DNA from: Sphyrna mokarran
Lineage: Eukaryota
NCBI GenBank assembly: GCA_024679065.1
Contig: JAGIQG010000023.1
Location: 10,292,001 to 10,356,000, forward strand
Direction of reading: 5' to 3'
Length of the DNA stretch: 64,000 nt
The translations under genes and the position numbers were made by a program. Positions 1 through 12,100 of this stretch are shown in pieces. Position 1 is the first letter of the stretch, and each line of letters opens with the position of its first letter. The notes under the pieces are model-generated. The model saw nothing but the letters and a program-made list of their open reading frames with translations. It was not told the origin of the DNA and did not search any database.

Positions 1-112
1 CCAGGGTAGATATATGGGGTTACAGGGATAGAATCTGGGTGAGATTGTGATCGGTGCAGACTCGATGTGCCAAATGGCCTCCTTCAGCACTGTAGAGATT
101 CAATGATTCTAC
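1..112 (+). mobile_element. HE1-like V-SINE, 3' part
   Basis: Tail ...ccaaatggcctccttcagcactgtagagattcaatgattcta matches copies at 5055, 10690 and 39150. Confidence 0.75.
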
Positions 113-515
113 GAAGAGTTTTAAAATGTGTCCATTGAGATGTAGGTATTGCCGGCAAGGACAGTATTTGTTACCCATCCCCGAATTGTTTGTTCCTGTG
201 GAGCAGCACGGAGAGGCAGCGATTTGGGCGAGTGTAAAGTTCGAGTTTAAGGTAATTTTTAACATTTTCTTTTTGGTTAAAGTAGCGAAAGGTGGTAGTT
301 TTTTGCTGTTTTTTTTAAAACTAACTGGAAACCGGAAGTTGTCATAAGGAGGCTTGCCGGTAGTTGTAGTTTTTCTCTCTGACTCTATAAATTGGTACAG
401 AGAGGAAACCTGATACTCTACACAGGTAGAGTATCCCACCCTGCCCCCTCCTCTAACCTAATAATAAAAGTGTGTGGGAAGTTTTTTTTCTCTCCTAGAA
501 ATTAAAGTATCAGAG

Positions 516-1439
516 ATGGCAAAGCAGGCAGTACGTTGCACCTCCTGCGGTATGTATGAGGCGAGGGACACCAGTAGTGTTCCTGCTGATTATACCTGCA
601 GGAAGTGTGCCCATTTGCAGCTCCTTGAGGATCGTGTTAAGGAGCTGGAGCTGGAATTAGAGGAACTCAGGATAATTCGAGAGGTTGAGGCAGATATTGA
701 CAGGAGTTACAAAGAGATAGTCACTCCTAAAAGAGATTCTTGGGTAACTATTAGGAAGAGGGGTAAGAAGCAATCGGGTAGACAATCCCCTGGGGCTGTT
801 CCCCTCCAAAATAAGTTTTCTGTCCTGGAGGCTACAGTTGAGGAAGAATCAACTGGAGATAGCCAAAGGGAGCAGGTCTCGGGGGGTGAGCCTGCTGTGA
901 ATGCTCAGGTGGGTAGGGGAAATAAGAGATTGGGCCTGGTAATTGGAGACTCCATAGTTAGGGGGACAGATAAGAGAGTAAATAGTAATAAATGGGACTC
1001 AGGGCTGGTGTGTTGTCTCCCAGGGGCCGGAGTCCAGGACGTCTCAAAGCGGGTTTTCAAGATTCTTAAGGGAGAGGGGAGTCAGCCCCAAGTCATAGTT
1101 CATGTAGGGACACATGATGTAGGTAGGACAAGGGAAGGGGATATTAAACAGAAATTTATGGAATTGGGGTGGAAGCTTAGGGCCAAAACAGACAGAGTGG
1201 TTATCTCTGGACTCTTGCCTGTGCCACGGGATAGTTTAGAGAAAAACAGAGAGAGGGAATGTTTGAACTCGTGGCTGCGGGGATGGTGCAGGAGGGAGGG
1301 GTTCAGGTTCTTGAACAATTGGGGCTCATTCTGGGGTAGGTGGAACCTCTACAAGAGAGATGGTCTACACCTGAACCAGAGGGGAACCAATATCTTGGGG
1401 GGAAAATTTGCAAAGGCTATGCATGGGGGTTTAAACTGA
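516..1439 (+). CDS. CR1 ORF1 protein (Cys-rich zinc finger, coiled coil, SGNH/GDSL esterase-like domain)
   Basis: CxxC..CxxC, then LEDRVKELELELEEL, then esterase blocks IGDSIVRG, CLPGA, HVGTHD and DGLHLNQRG. The frame is uninterrupted. Confidence 0.9.
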   Translation: MAKQAVRCTSCGMYEARDTSSVPADYTCRKCAHLQLLEDRVKELELELEELRIIREVEADIDRSYKEIVTPKRDSWVTIRKRGKKQSGRQSPGAVPLQNKFSVLEATVEEESTGDSQREQVSGGEPAVNAQVGRGNKRLGLVIGDSIVRGTDKRVNSNKWDSGLVCCLPGAGVQDVSKRVFKILKGEGSQPQVIVHVGTHDVGRTREGDIKQKFMELGWKLRAKTDRVVISGLLPVPRDSLEKNRERECLNSWLRGWCRREGFRFLNNWGSFWGRWNLYKRDGLHLNQRGTNILGGKFAKAMHGGLN

Positions 1440-1472
1440 TTCAGAGAGGGGGTGGGATCCTGAGTAGTTTGG

Positions 1473-4344
1473 ATGTTAAGAGGGACGAGAGTAGGGGGGA
1501 TCATAGATGAGAACTGTAAAGCACAGCAGCGCACGGGTGGAGTAGGGCATGGTTTGAAATGCGTATTCTTCAATGCAAGAAGTATTCGCAATAAGGTGGA
1601 GGAACTTGCAGCTTGGATCAGTACCTGGAACTTCGATGTTCAGAGACATGGATAGAGCAGGGACAGGAATGTTTGTTGCAGGTTCCAGGGTTCAAATGCT
1701 TCAGTCGGAGTAGAGAAGGAGGTAGAAGTGGGGGAGGAGTGGCATTATTAGTCAAAGACTGTATCGCAGTGACAGAAAGGAAGTTTGATGAGGACTTGTC
1801 TGTTGAGGTAGTATGGGCTGAGATTAGAAACAGGAGAGGAGAGGTCACCCTGTTGGGAGTCTTTTATAGACCTCCTAAAAGTTCTAGAGAGGTAGAGGAA
1901 AGGATTGCAAAGTCGATCCTGGACAGGAGTGAAAGTAATAGGGTAATTGTTATGGGGGACTTTAACTTTACTAATATTGATTGGAATAGCTATAGCTCTA
2001 GCTCGTTAGAGGGGTCAGTTTTTATACAAAGTGTGCAGCAAGGATTTTTGACTCAGTATGTAGATTGGCCAACTAGAGGTGAGGCTACATTGGATTTGGT
2101 GCTGGGCAATGAGCCAGACCAGGTGCTAGACTTGGAAGTTGGTGAACATTTTGGTGATAGTGACCACAATTCGGTTACTTTCACCTTAGTGATGGATAGG
2201 GATAGGTATGAACCTGGGGGCAGTAGTTATAGCTGGGGGAATGGTAATTATGAGGCCATTAGGAGGGAATTAGGGTGCATAGGTTGGACTAGGAAACTAC
2301 AGGGACTGGGAACATCTGAAATGTGGAGCTTATTCAAGGAGCAGCTACTGCGAGTCCTTGATAAGTATGTCTCTGTCAGGCAAGGAGGAAATGGTCGAGT
2401 AAGGGAACCATGGTGTACTAAAAAAGTTAATTCGCTGTTAAAAGGAAAAAGGAGGCTTATGTCAGGATGAGGCTTGAAGGCTCAGTTAGTGCAATGGATA
2501 GCTATAGATTAGCCAGGAGGGAGCTAAAGAGTGAGTTGAGGAGAGCTAAAAGGGGACACGAGAAGACTTTGGCTGATAGGATCAAGGAGAATCCTAAATC
2601 TTTCTTTAGATATGTTAAGAATAGAAGATTGGTTAGGGCAAGATTAGGGCCAGTCAGAGACAGCAGTGGGAAGTTGTGCGTGGAGCCTGAAGAGATTGGA
2701 GAGGCACTGAACAAATATTTCTCTTTGGTATTCACGCAGAGAGATGTAAATGTAGTTGTGGAGAACACTGGGATACAGGGTTGCAAACTGGAAAGTATTG
2801 AAGTAGATAAGGAGTATGTGCTAGATATTCTTGAGAGTTTGAAGTTAGATAAGTCCCCTGGGCCGGACGGGATTTACCCTAGGATTCTCTGGGAGGCAAG
2901 AGAGGTGATTGCAGAGCCTTTGGCTCTGATCTTCAGGTCATCATTGGTTACAGGTATAGTGCCAGAAGACTGGAGGATAGCAAATGTTGTCCCATTGTTC
3001 AAGAAGGGGAATAGAGACTTTCCTGGGAATTATAGACCGGTGAGTCTTACTTCTGTTGTGTGCAAAGTATTGGAAAGAATTATTAGGGATAGGATTTATA
3101 GTTATTTAGAGAGAAATGAATTGATTGGGGATAGTCAGCATGGTTTTGTGAAGGGTAGGTCATGCCTTACTAACCTTATTGAGTTTTTTGAAAAAGTGAC
3201 CGAAGAGGTGGATGGGGGTAAGGCAGTTGATGTGGTATATATGGACTTTAGTAAGGCGTTCGATATAGGATGGATGTCAGAGGTAGGTTCTTTACCCAGA
3301 GGGTGCCCCATGGAAGGCTTCTGCAGATAATGCAGATGTATGGGATTGAAGGTGGTTTAGCTAATTGGATTAGGAATTGGCTAGCTGATAGAAGACAGAG
3401 GGTGGTGGTTGATGGAAATTATTCATCGTGGAGTTCGGTTACAAGTGGTGTACCTCAGGGATCTGTTTTGGGGCCCCTGTTGTTTGTAATTTTTATAAAT
3501 GATCTGGGTGAGGGTATTGAAGGATGGATTAGTAAATTTGCAAATGACACCAAAGTCGGAGGAGTGGTAGATAGTGAAGAGGGGTGTTATAGTTTGCAGA
3601 GAGACTTGGACAAGTTGCAGAGCTGGGCTGAGAGGTGGCAAATGGAGTTTAACGCGGAAAAGTGTGAGGTAATTCACTTTGGCAGGAATAACAAATGTGT
3701 AGAGTATAGGGCTAATGGTAGAACTCTTAATAGTGTTGATGAACAGAGGGATCTTGGTGTATATGTGCATAGATCCCTGAAAGTTGGCAATCAAGTCGAT
3801 AAGGTTGTTAATAAGGCATATGGAGTCTTAGCTTTTATTGGTAGGGGGATTGAATTTCGGAGCCGCAACGTCATGTTGCAACTGTACAAAACTCTAGTGC
3901 GCCGCACTTGGAATATTGTGTGCAGTTCTGGTCCCCACATTATAAGAAAGATGTGGAGGCATTGGAGAGGGTACAGAGGAGGTTTACCAGGATGTTGCTG
4001 GTATGGAGGGCAGGTCTTATGAAGAGAGGCTGAGGGATTTGAGGTTGTTTTCGTTAGAAAGAATGCGGCTAAGAGGAGACCTTATTGAAACATATAAGAT
4101 GATTAGAGGTTTAGATAGGGTGGACAGTGATAGCCTTTTTCCTCGGATAGAGAAAGCTAGCATGAGGGGACATGGCTTTAAATTAAGGGGTGGTAGTTAT
4201 AGGACGGATGTCAGAGGTAGGTTCTTTACCCAGAGGGTAGTAAGGGTATGGAATGCCCTGCCTGCTGCAGTTGTAGATGCATCAAGTTTGGTGATGTTTA
4301 AGAGGTTAGTAGATGAGATTATGGACGAAAAGGGAATGGTTTAG
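1473..4344 (+). pseudogene. CR1 ORF2 (APE endonuclease + reverse transcriptase), several frameshifts
   Basis: FNARSI, ETW, GVFYRPP, MGDFN, SDHN, KSPGPDG, NYRPVSLTS, QHGF, YMDFSKAFD, GVPQGSVLGP, KFANDTK, DLGV and RGHGFKL are spread over consecutive frames (breaks near 1640, 2430, 3265, 3900, 4000). Confidence 0.92.
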
Positions 4345-5054
4345 GTTAGAGGGTCATTGCTTTTTCCTAATTGGTCAGCGCAACATCGAAGGCCAAAGGG
4401 CCTGTGCTGCGTTGTAATGTTCTACGTTCTATGTTCTATGAATTGCCCAAATAGCAAAATAGGTCATTCATGTTACTGTAGATCTGGAATTAATAGAGGC
4501 TAGACCTTGTAAGAATGGCGGATTTCCTTCCTTAAAGTACTCTCTGCATAAAATATCTGCATAATATCTACTTAACAAATGCTTTTCAAAAAAGGGAAAT
4601 TAAAACCAGTTTCATGCCCACTGTTTGTGGTGGAGTTAACCTTCTCAGAACTGCATATTTTGTACCATCACTGAGATTCTTGATTGCTTAGGACATAAAT
4701 GAAACATGGGTATTGATTTTTTGAATTTCCACAGCAGAGTGGGAACGAGAGAGAATCTCTCTGATACACCTCTCCATTAGAACGGTGGGGATGACTTAGT
4801 ACTGCAATTTTTCAAAGAGTAAGTATGTTAGGGTGTTTATTTATGAATCTAACAGAGTAGGAAATGTTTCTGAGGAAATGTTTTCTTATTTGCTTATATT
4901 TTTCTTTTGCTGATAAATGCAGTAAATTATTATTTAAAATCCCAAAAAAAGTATTACCAGAACCTGACTTCAGTAAATGTATCTTCTTGTAACAAAATAC
5001 AAAAGGAAAATGATTGTAATATCTTGCAAGATTTCCCTTTAGGATTTGGTTTGC

Positions 5055-5340
5055 GTGGTGCCAGGGACCTGGGTTCAATTCTGACTTGAGGTCACTATTT
5101 GTGTGGGTTTGCACGTTGTCCCTGTATCTGTGTGGGGCTTCTGCATGGGTGTCTCGGTTTCCTCCTACACTCCAAAGATGTGCAGGTCAGGATGATTGGC
5201 CAAGCTAAATTTCCCCCTAGTGTCAGGGGAACCAGCAAGGTAAATACATTGGGTTACAGAGATAGAACCTAGGTGGGATTGTTGCTGGTGCAGGCTTGAT
5301 GGGCCAAATGGCCTCCTTCTGCACTGTAAGGATTAAATGA
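5055..5340 (+). mobile_element. HE1-like V-SINE (gattctatg-type tail)
   Basis: B-box gggttcaattc, core ggtttcctcctacactccaaagatgtgcaggt, tail ggccaaatggcctccttctgcactgta. Confidence 0.85.
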
Positions 5341-5980
5341 CATTTGGCTCCTATCAGATCATAACAGAAGGATGAAGCACCATGTTATTCTGCTCGCTGC
5401 CCATCTCTTGATGGTGAATGGGGAGGTTCAAACCAATATCATTCTGGTGGATGGTTTGCACCTGCAGTCTCCTCTCAGGGCAATGTAAATGATGGCAGCA
5501 GCTTCTCCAACTCTCTGCCAGTGCCTGTTGTATCCATTGAAGCTGTGATGACTGAAGAGATCCCAGCCATGGTACTGGGATCTCCCACCACCCCAACAGG
5601 GCCTGCACAAGCTCCACTGGCCAACACAGGGCTTCCAAGCTCATCAAGACGCAAAGGGCATCAGAGTCCAATCTAGGACAGAATGTTGGCAAATGGAAAC
5701 TTAAATCACTTTGACCACCATCATCGACTCTGGATATAAGCTGTCCCACCGGCAGCACAGACTCAGTAGGTGTGGCAGCAGCAGAGTGGCATATAGTCTG
5801 GAGGGAGTTAAGCTGGATGTCCACAATATCAGCTCTGCACACCTTTAATTGCGGTAATGCACTTCCACTTCTGTATATGCCTGCCAAACAAAAAAAGTTG
5901 CGAGATGACCATAATCGCGTGCCATTCCTGGGGTGATCAGAAGCGCTGATATAAAGATTCCGGTGTTGGACTGGGATAAA

Positions 5981-6159
5981 CACAGTAAGAAGCTGACAAC
6001 ACTAGGTTTAAGTCCAACCGATTTATTTGATAGTAAACTCACAAGCTTTCAAGGTTATCCTCTTCACCTGACAAAGAGGATAACCTCGAAAACTTGTGAG
6101 TTTACTCTCAAGTAAAATCAGTTGGACTCAAAACTGATGTTGTCAGACTTCTTACTGTG
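5981..6159. repeat. ~180 bp imperfect palindrome, probably Penelope-like element derived
   Basis: cacagtaagaagctgacaac... pairs with ...gttgtcagacttcttactgtg. Centre ctgacaaagaggataacctcgaaa. Confidence 0.75.
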
Positions 6160-6829
6160 ATCAGGAGCACCACACATCCATTTCCAGAGTGCAAAATTCA
6201 GGTCATTGTTTAAACAGTATGGCATTCACAAGGATCATTCATTATCATCTATGCCTTGGCAAATACACGGCCTCATGTCACAGAGGGTTGAGTAATTGTA
6301 TCCTCAAATTGGAATTGAATCCTCCTTCTAGTTAATCACAATCATAATTTCCTTTCATCCAGAGCCTTTTCTTTGTGAATTGAGATGTTTTCTAACTGAA
6401 TTCTGCCCCAGGATGTGTGTGTGGATAAATGGAGCTGGGGATGTTTTCCTGCTGCATATCAAGGAGCTCCGATCTCCTCATCCTGATGGGATTGTTACTC
6501 TGTACGAATAACAAGATTCACATTCAGGAAATAAAAACAAAATATTAATAAATCTCTATGTTCCATTAGTGAAATAACTCACATCAGGAAACAAAATACT
6601 TGTTCCACTGAGAAGTTGGTAGAATGTTAATAACAATGGAGAAGGGTGTGTTCTAACTCCCCTCACAATTAATTATAAAACTTTGCTTGGATCAGTATTA
6701 TCCTTATATGCTGAATTTTTTACATCTTGTTTCCAGGATTTTACATTCTTTCAACAATGATTACTTTCATTCTTCTGCTGAATATAACAAACACAACTTC
6801 AGGTTCTGAGGAACCAAATTTTGTGAAGT

Positions 6830-6880
6830 GGCTAACTGTGGTTTCATAACATGGCTTCCTGCTATTTTCTTCCTCATTTA
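6830..6880 (+). promoter_or_regulatory. Putative TATA-less haematopoietic promoter of gene A (RUNX + ETS/PU.1 motifs)
   Basis: TGTGGTT 6837-6843, CTTCCTG 6855-6861 and CTTCCTC 6869-6875 lie ~100-140 bp upstream of the ATG. The RUNX and first ETS motifs are retained in gene B. Confidence 0.45.
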
Positions 6881-6977
6881 AATTTCAAATACAATTTATA
6901 TTTCACTCTTATTTCAGAGTGAGACATCGGAGCTAGGTGACTGATGACTAAGCATTGATCTGATCTCCAACAGAATA

Positions 6978-7014
6978 ATGTGGATTTTGATTCTCCTCAT
7001 TTGCTCTCTGCCCG
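6978..7014 (+). CDS. Gene A exon: signal peptide (MWILILLICSLP)
   Basis: ATAATG start, hydrophobic leader, G|gtgagt phase-1 donor. Paralogous exon at 39905. Confidence 0.88.
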
Positions 7015-7564
7015 GTGAGTAACAGCCAGAGCTGGATAATCAGATAATCAGTGTTAGCTTAACTCTAGTCTACAGTGTTTGTTCATTGTTTGAAGAAAGT
7101 TTCATTCTCCAGTTTCACTCATCATCAACTGTATCTAAGGAAATACATGTCAGGGAGCTAAGCAGAGATATCCTCACATTGGAACTGATTCTGCCTTCCA
7201 GTTACTCAATCACAATTTACTTTTGCCCAGAAAATTTTCTCAATAAATTGAGACCTTTTTTTGCATGAAATCTGCCTCAAAATCTGTTTGTGGATCTAAT
7301 AAATGGACCAGCGAAGGTTGTTCTATTCCACATCAGGTCTCCTCACCCTGACAGAATTGTTGCTCATCACCAATAACAAGATTGAGATTAAGCAAATTAA
7401 AGCAAATTATCAATCGAACTTAATATGTAAATGATTTTCATAAAAGCTGCTGTGGGGCTGTTTTTGCTCAACCCTTTATCTTGCTGGAAAGTTTTTTCCC
7501 TTCAAGTAGCCAGACAGATTTCAGAGTTTTAAATCACCTATTTGTTGGTAGCCATAGCACCCCA

Positions 7565-8430
7565 GCTGTTGTTCGTCCATCGTCATCAATGAGAACCTCG
7601 ACATCATTAGTCATTTTGAGTCCGAAGTTGACTGATCAGGCCAATTCGGGCACAGAATGTCCTGGCACATTTTGGACAGACTTGTGTAGACACTGTAGTT
7701 GTTGCGCTGGTGGCTCTGGACTTGTGCAGCTCGCACTTAAGTTGTGTTTTAGCAATATACCTTTCTTGGTGAGCTTGACAGCTTTGTGGATGAAGCATCG
7801 CCAGGTAGGGCGGTTTTGTGCCAGCGTTTCCCAGGTGGTCGTGTCAATGGCAAGCGACTTCAGGGAGGCCTTGAGTGTGTCTTTGAAACATTTCTTCTGC
7901 CCTCCATGCGAGCGTCTTCCAGCAAAGAGTTCCTCAAAAAGGAGCTGCTTGGGTATGCGCTTGTCTGACATACGGATGACATGATCTGCCCACCGGGTCT
8001 GTGCTCTCATCAGCAGTGTGTGGACTGATGGTAGACTTGCTCTAAAGAGAACTTCAGTGTATGTACTTTGTCTTGCCATTGAATGTATCATATTCTCCAA
8101 AGACAAGTCATGTGGAAATGATTGAGCTATCTTGCATGCCTTCAATATACAGTCCACATTTCACAGGCATACAGGAGGGTAGTGAGTACTGTGATGCTGT
8201 CGGCCTTCAGTTTTGTTGCTAGGCTGATTTCTTGATGTTTCCATACAGTGGAGTGCAGTCTACCAAAAGCAGAACTTGCCTTTGTTATTCTGCAGTTAAC
8301 TTCTGCGTCAATAGTCCCTGCTTGGGAGAGGGTGCTGCCAAGATAAGTGAAGCAGTCCACTGCCTGTAGTTTTTGCCCTTTGATTGTGATTATGTGTTCT
8401 GCATGAGGAGCAGGTGGTGCATGACATCCC
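7565..8430 (-). mobile_element. RTE-clade LINE, 3' fragment
   Basis: FTYLGSTLS, KASSAFGRL, LLYACE.WT, RWADHVIRMSDKRIPKQLLF, GGQKKCFKDTLK and a terminal CPKCARTF..RIGL motif. Confidence 0.88.
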
Positions 8431-9149
8431 TCATGCTATAGTCTCTAATACAGGCTTGTGACCAGGTCCAGGAAGAACAAGCTATTGGAAATAGACACAC
8501 ACACATTTGCTTTGTCTGCCTCCTGTATCTCCAGATTTGGAAAGTCTTCTAAGTTTAATGGAACAAAATACTTAGCAAATATAAATGAATAATATTAATG
8601 ATGTATTTGCACAACATGCATATATTCACCAAATAAAATAAACTATTATTAATTATGGATGGGAAATTAAGGATAATTTAATTTTAGAAAATCTAAGCAA
8701 GCAAACTTTAAAAATGAAAGTTGCCTTTAATAGGTAATTGTTTGAAATTGTGGGGGGAGGTTTTACATTCTCACTTGTCCTGAAAATCCTGCCCAAAGTC
8801 AATGGAGCTTCTCACTGTCTGCCTGTCGCCTGCTCTGATTCCCGTGGCAGGCGGAACGGTAAAATTCTGATTATCTGTTGTGCAATACACACTGAAAACT
8901 GCAGTAATAACAATACTGCAATCAGAACATATCTCTCATTTGCATCTGTTTCTGTTGTTTAATGTACAGTTGATGAGATATGATTTTATGAGAATTTGTC
9001 ATGACAATGTTCCTGTATAGCAGACAATTTTTCATAGTCATCTTGCTAATATTTTTCTTTTAATTCTTTAACTTTATTAAACTGGATTTCACTTTTTACT
9101 CTTGCCCATTTTAACATTATTGAATATTACATGGTAATGGAGTTTTTGA

Positions 9150-12100
9150 TCAACATTATCAACTCTCCATCATTTAAAATGGGTCTATTTTCTAACTAGC
9201 AATGACAAACTCTCAGTCTCATCTTCTTGAGTTTCAATTCAACTTGACCAAAAGCTCCAGCATGCTCGATTGTAGCTCTTAAAATTTTTATTGTCGCTCT
9301 TGCCATTGGCCACACAGCTAAAATCCCTCCTCTTGATCCTAGAGTGTGAAGAGAATTTGATCACAAACTATGACTAAGTTCCTTCTCACAGGTTAGTCTT
9401 AAACAATTAACATATTATTATTATTGTATTTTTGCAAGTAACTAAATTCTCACCTACGTAACATCAATTCTATATTCAACTATTGGTTATCTGTCTATCC
9501 CATTTAACAAGTTGAATCGTAAGTAATATTAAATAAATTAAAATACACAATGTTATTAAACTTCAACATGAGACATTAGACAAATTTATGGATGAATCTG
9601 TCATACTTGTATGCCAGTCTCATGAATTATTCTACAAGTTAGTCCTTTTGATCAGTCTATTTTAATCTCCCAGTTCTTTGAGCCTCTTTAGTAAAAGTTT
9701 GATTGGCATTAGCAAATTTGTATTTGTATCAGATTCTCTGGTAAATGCTAACTATTAGTGTCATATTTTTCAAAATAGCTACCCAATGTCCCTTTAAGAT
9801 CATCTGTAATATTAAAAGAAACTTCCTCTTACGTGCATCAATGAATTTCATGCAACCTGTTCCAGCTGGTATTTGAGGTTTAAAGCAAAAAGCAGTATTG
9901 GTAACATCACACATTAATGTACCATATCAATATTCCTTCAGTCAGGAAGTAACACAATATTTTCTTATAAGCTACTCTTGTAACATTTGTATCAAGACTT
10001 TTAGCTTCAATTGTACAATCTAACTTCACATCTGTTTTAAAACCACATAAAGCCTCTTCATTAGAATGTATTTGGTAAGGAACATAATTATTTCATCTAT
10101 TTGTCGACATTTATTCAGATTAGTATCTGTTCACCACTGCTTATGGGAAGATATCATGATACCCTATCCGCATGTCCTTTTCAATAACTCTTACAGTCTC
10201 CTATTTCTTATGTTCTTATAACATGCTCACACTGCAGGCTGTTGCTAAGTCATTGAACAATTCCTGTTTTGCTGACTTTGATTGTAAATTTACTTCCCTT
10301 TCACTATTCCCTGTCTTTCGTTCTAACAACTTCTGTGTCAAAATGAAAAATGGATCCCCAATTTGAGAAGGACACCATTCTAGTTGTTGAATCCCAGTTA
10401 TATCAAACACTCCAGTTATTAATTCGTGATGGAAATTACTGTATAGAATTTTATCAGTTTCCTCCATAACTAACCCATTTTGTGGTCCTGAGGTTACTTT
10501 AGGAGAAGTGTCCACTACAGGTATAGGCATTGTTGTAGGAGCTACACTAGGTTTAGGAGTGGTAGGTTTAGTTTCCCTCTTTATGCGATCAAAAACGTAA
10601 TGATCATCTTCTTTAAGCAATTCCCTATGAATATCCCTATGTTCATCATCATAAAAAATACCCCAAATTACTCTCTTTAAAACTACAGGTACGGTGGCAC
10701 TTAGCATTCTGTCCCACAACGCCAGGAATCTGGGTTCAATTCCCGGTATGTGTGGAGTTTGGTATGTTCTCTCCGTACCTGCATAGCTTTCCTCCAGGTG
10801 CTTTGGTTTCCTCCCATAGTCCAAAAATGTTCAGGCTAAGTGGATTGGCCATCCTAAATTGCCTCTTAGCAGCAGGGGGATAGCTGGAGTAAATGTATGG
10901 GTTTATAGGGATAGGATCTGGTGGGATAGCAGCCAGTGTAGACTCAGTGTGCCAAATGGTCTCCTTCTGCACTGCAAGGATTCTATGACAACCTTCCCAT
11001 TTTGAGGTTTGCAGATTTTACACGTTGTTTGCAAAATGTGAATAAGATGGAGCCGACAAGATAAAACAACTTTAATCTGGGTCAGATTGGATTTCAATCA
11101 TGTCACAGCAGGAGCTGTTTAGCCATCTGAGAAAAGAATCCCCCACAAATCTCATCCGAATATTATCAAGACATCAAATTCAACCGGTAAATGTCCATTT
11201 TCATAATATCCCACTCTCTGTGGAGTAAAGAATAGATTTCCCAGCTGATCTTCAGTTTGTTCATCTCAAAACATCACCTCCCATGATTACACAATGATCA
11301 CTGATCTAAGAAGAATGATTTCCATAAAGAACGCCACCTAAAAATGCTCCATAATTGGATCAAGGTTGTATCTGCTGTTATGTCCAGTCTACAACCAGTT
11401 CCTTATTTGAACTATTTTAATTTGATATATAATGTTTACCAGTTTATGGAGATATTAATAAGTCAGGACTTTCTTGATATTTATGAAGAATCAGATTGGA
11501 ATGTTAACATCTCTATTGAGCATAGAAGATTTTCCCTAGAAAAGCAAGCCTAAGAGCTAAACCCGAGATGACTAAAAATTCATAGGATTAAACCCTTGAA
11601 GACTTATGAGTAAGCTACAATTACATAGTAAATACAGCGCTACCATAATTCACAGAGATCCATATATGGAAAATGAGCCAAACTATCAACTTACATCAAA
11701 TGATAAGAGCATTGATAAGAGGTTCAAACCAATACTTCACTAATAGTTTGTCTCAACAAATGAAAATATGTAGGACATTGATGGCTACCAATCAAAAATC
11801 ATCAAAAATAATGTCAGCTACAAGCATTATTAAAAAACAGACCCAAACTACCAAAACAAATGGAATGAAAATCAGTTTTTGGGCATCAGAAATGATTAAT
11901 CCTGATGAACAGTTGCATGTAAGTCACATTACCTCACCATATATGGTATAAGGCAGTTATCAGTGGTTCTGGTCTGTCTTGCACACATCCAAATGGCGTT
12001 TTATGTTTATTTGATCAACATAGGAAGTGTCAGATCACATCTCACTGGACAGGTCACAACTTGCTTCAACCTTCTCTTGGTCAAGTTCAACTCAACTTGG

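Larger units (their letters stand above)
189..4440 (+). mobile_element. Full-length CR1-clade LINE (5' UTR, intact ORF1, frameshifted ORF2, TTCTATG-type tail)
   Basis: ORF1 and EN/RT motifs in order. Tail gttctacgttctatgttctatg. Probable target-site duplication GAATTG at 183-188 and 4440-4445. The flanks rejoin into an older SINE-like repeat. Confidence 0.93.

Noticed and set aside
10690-10824. N-terminus of the 202-aa minus-strand ORF 10216-10824
   Set aside because: It is antisense SINE sequence fused by chance to the env-like frame.
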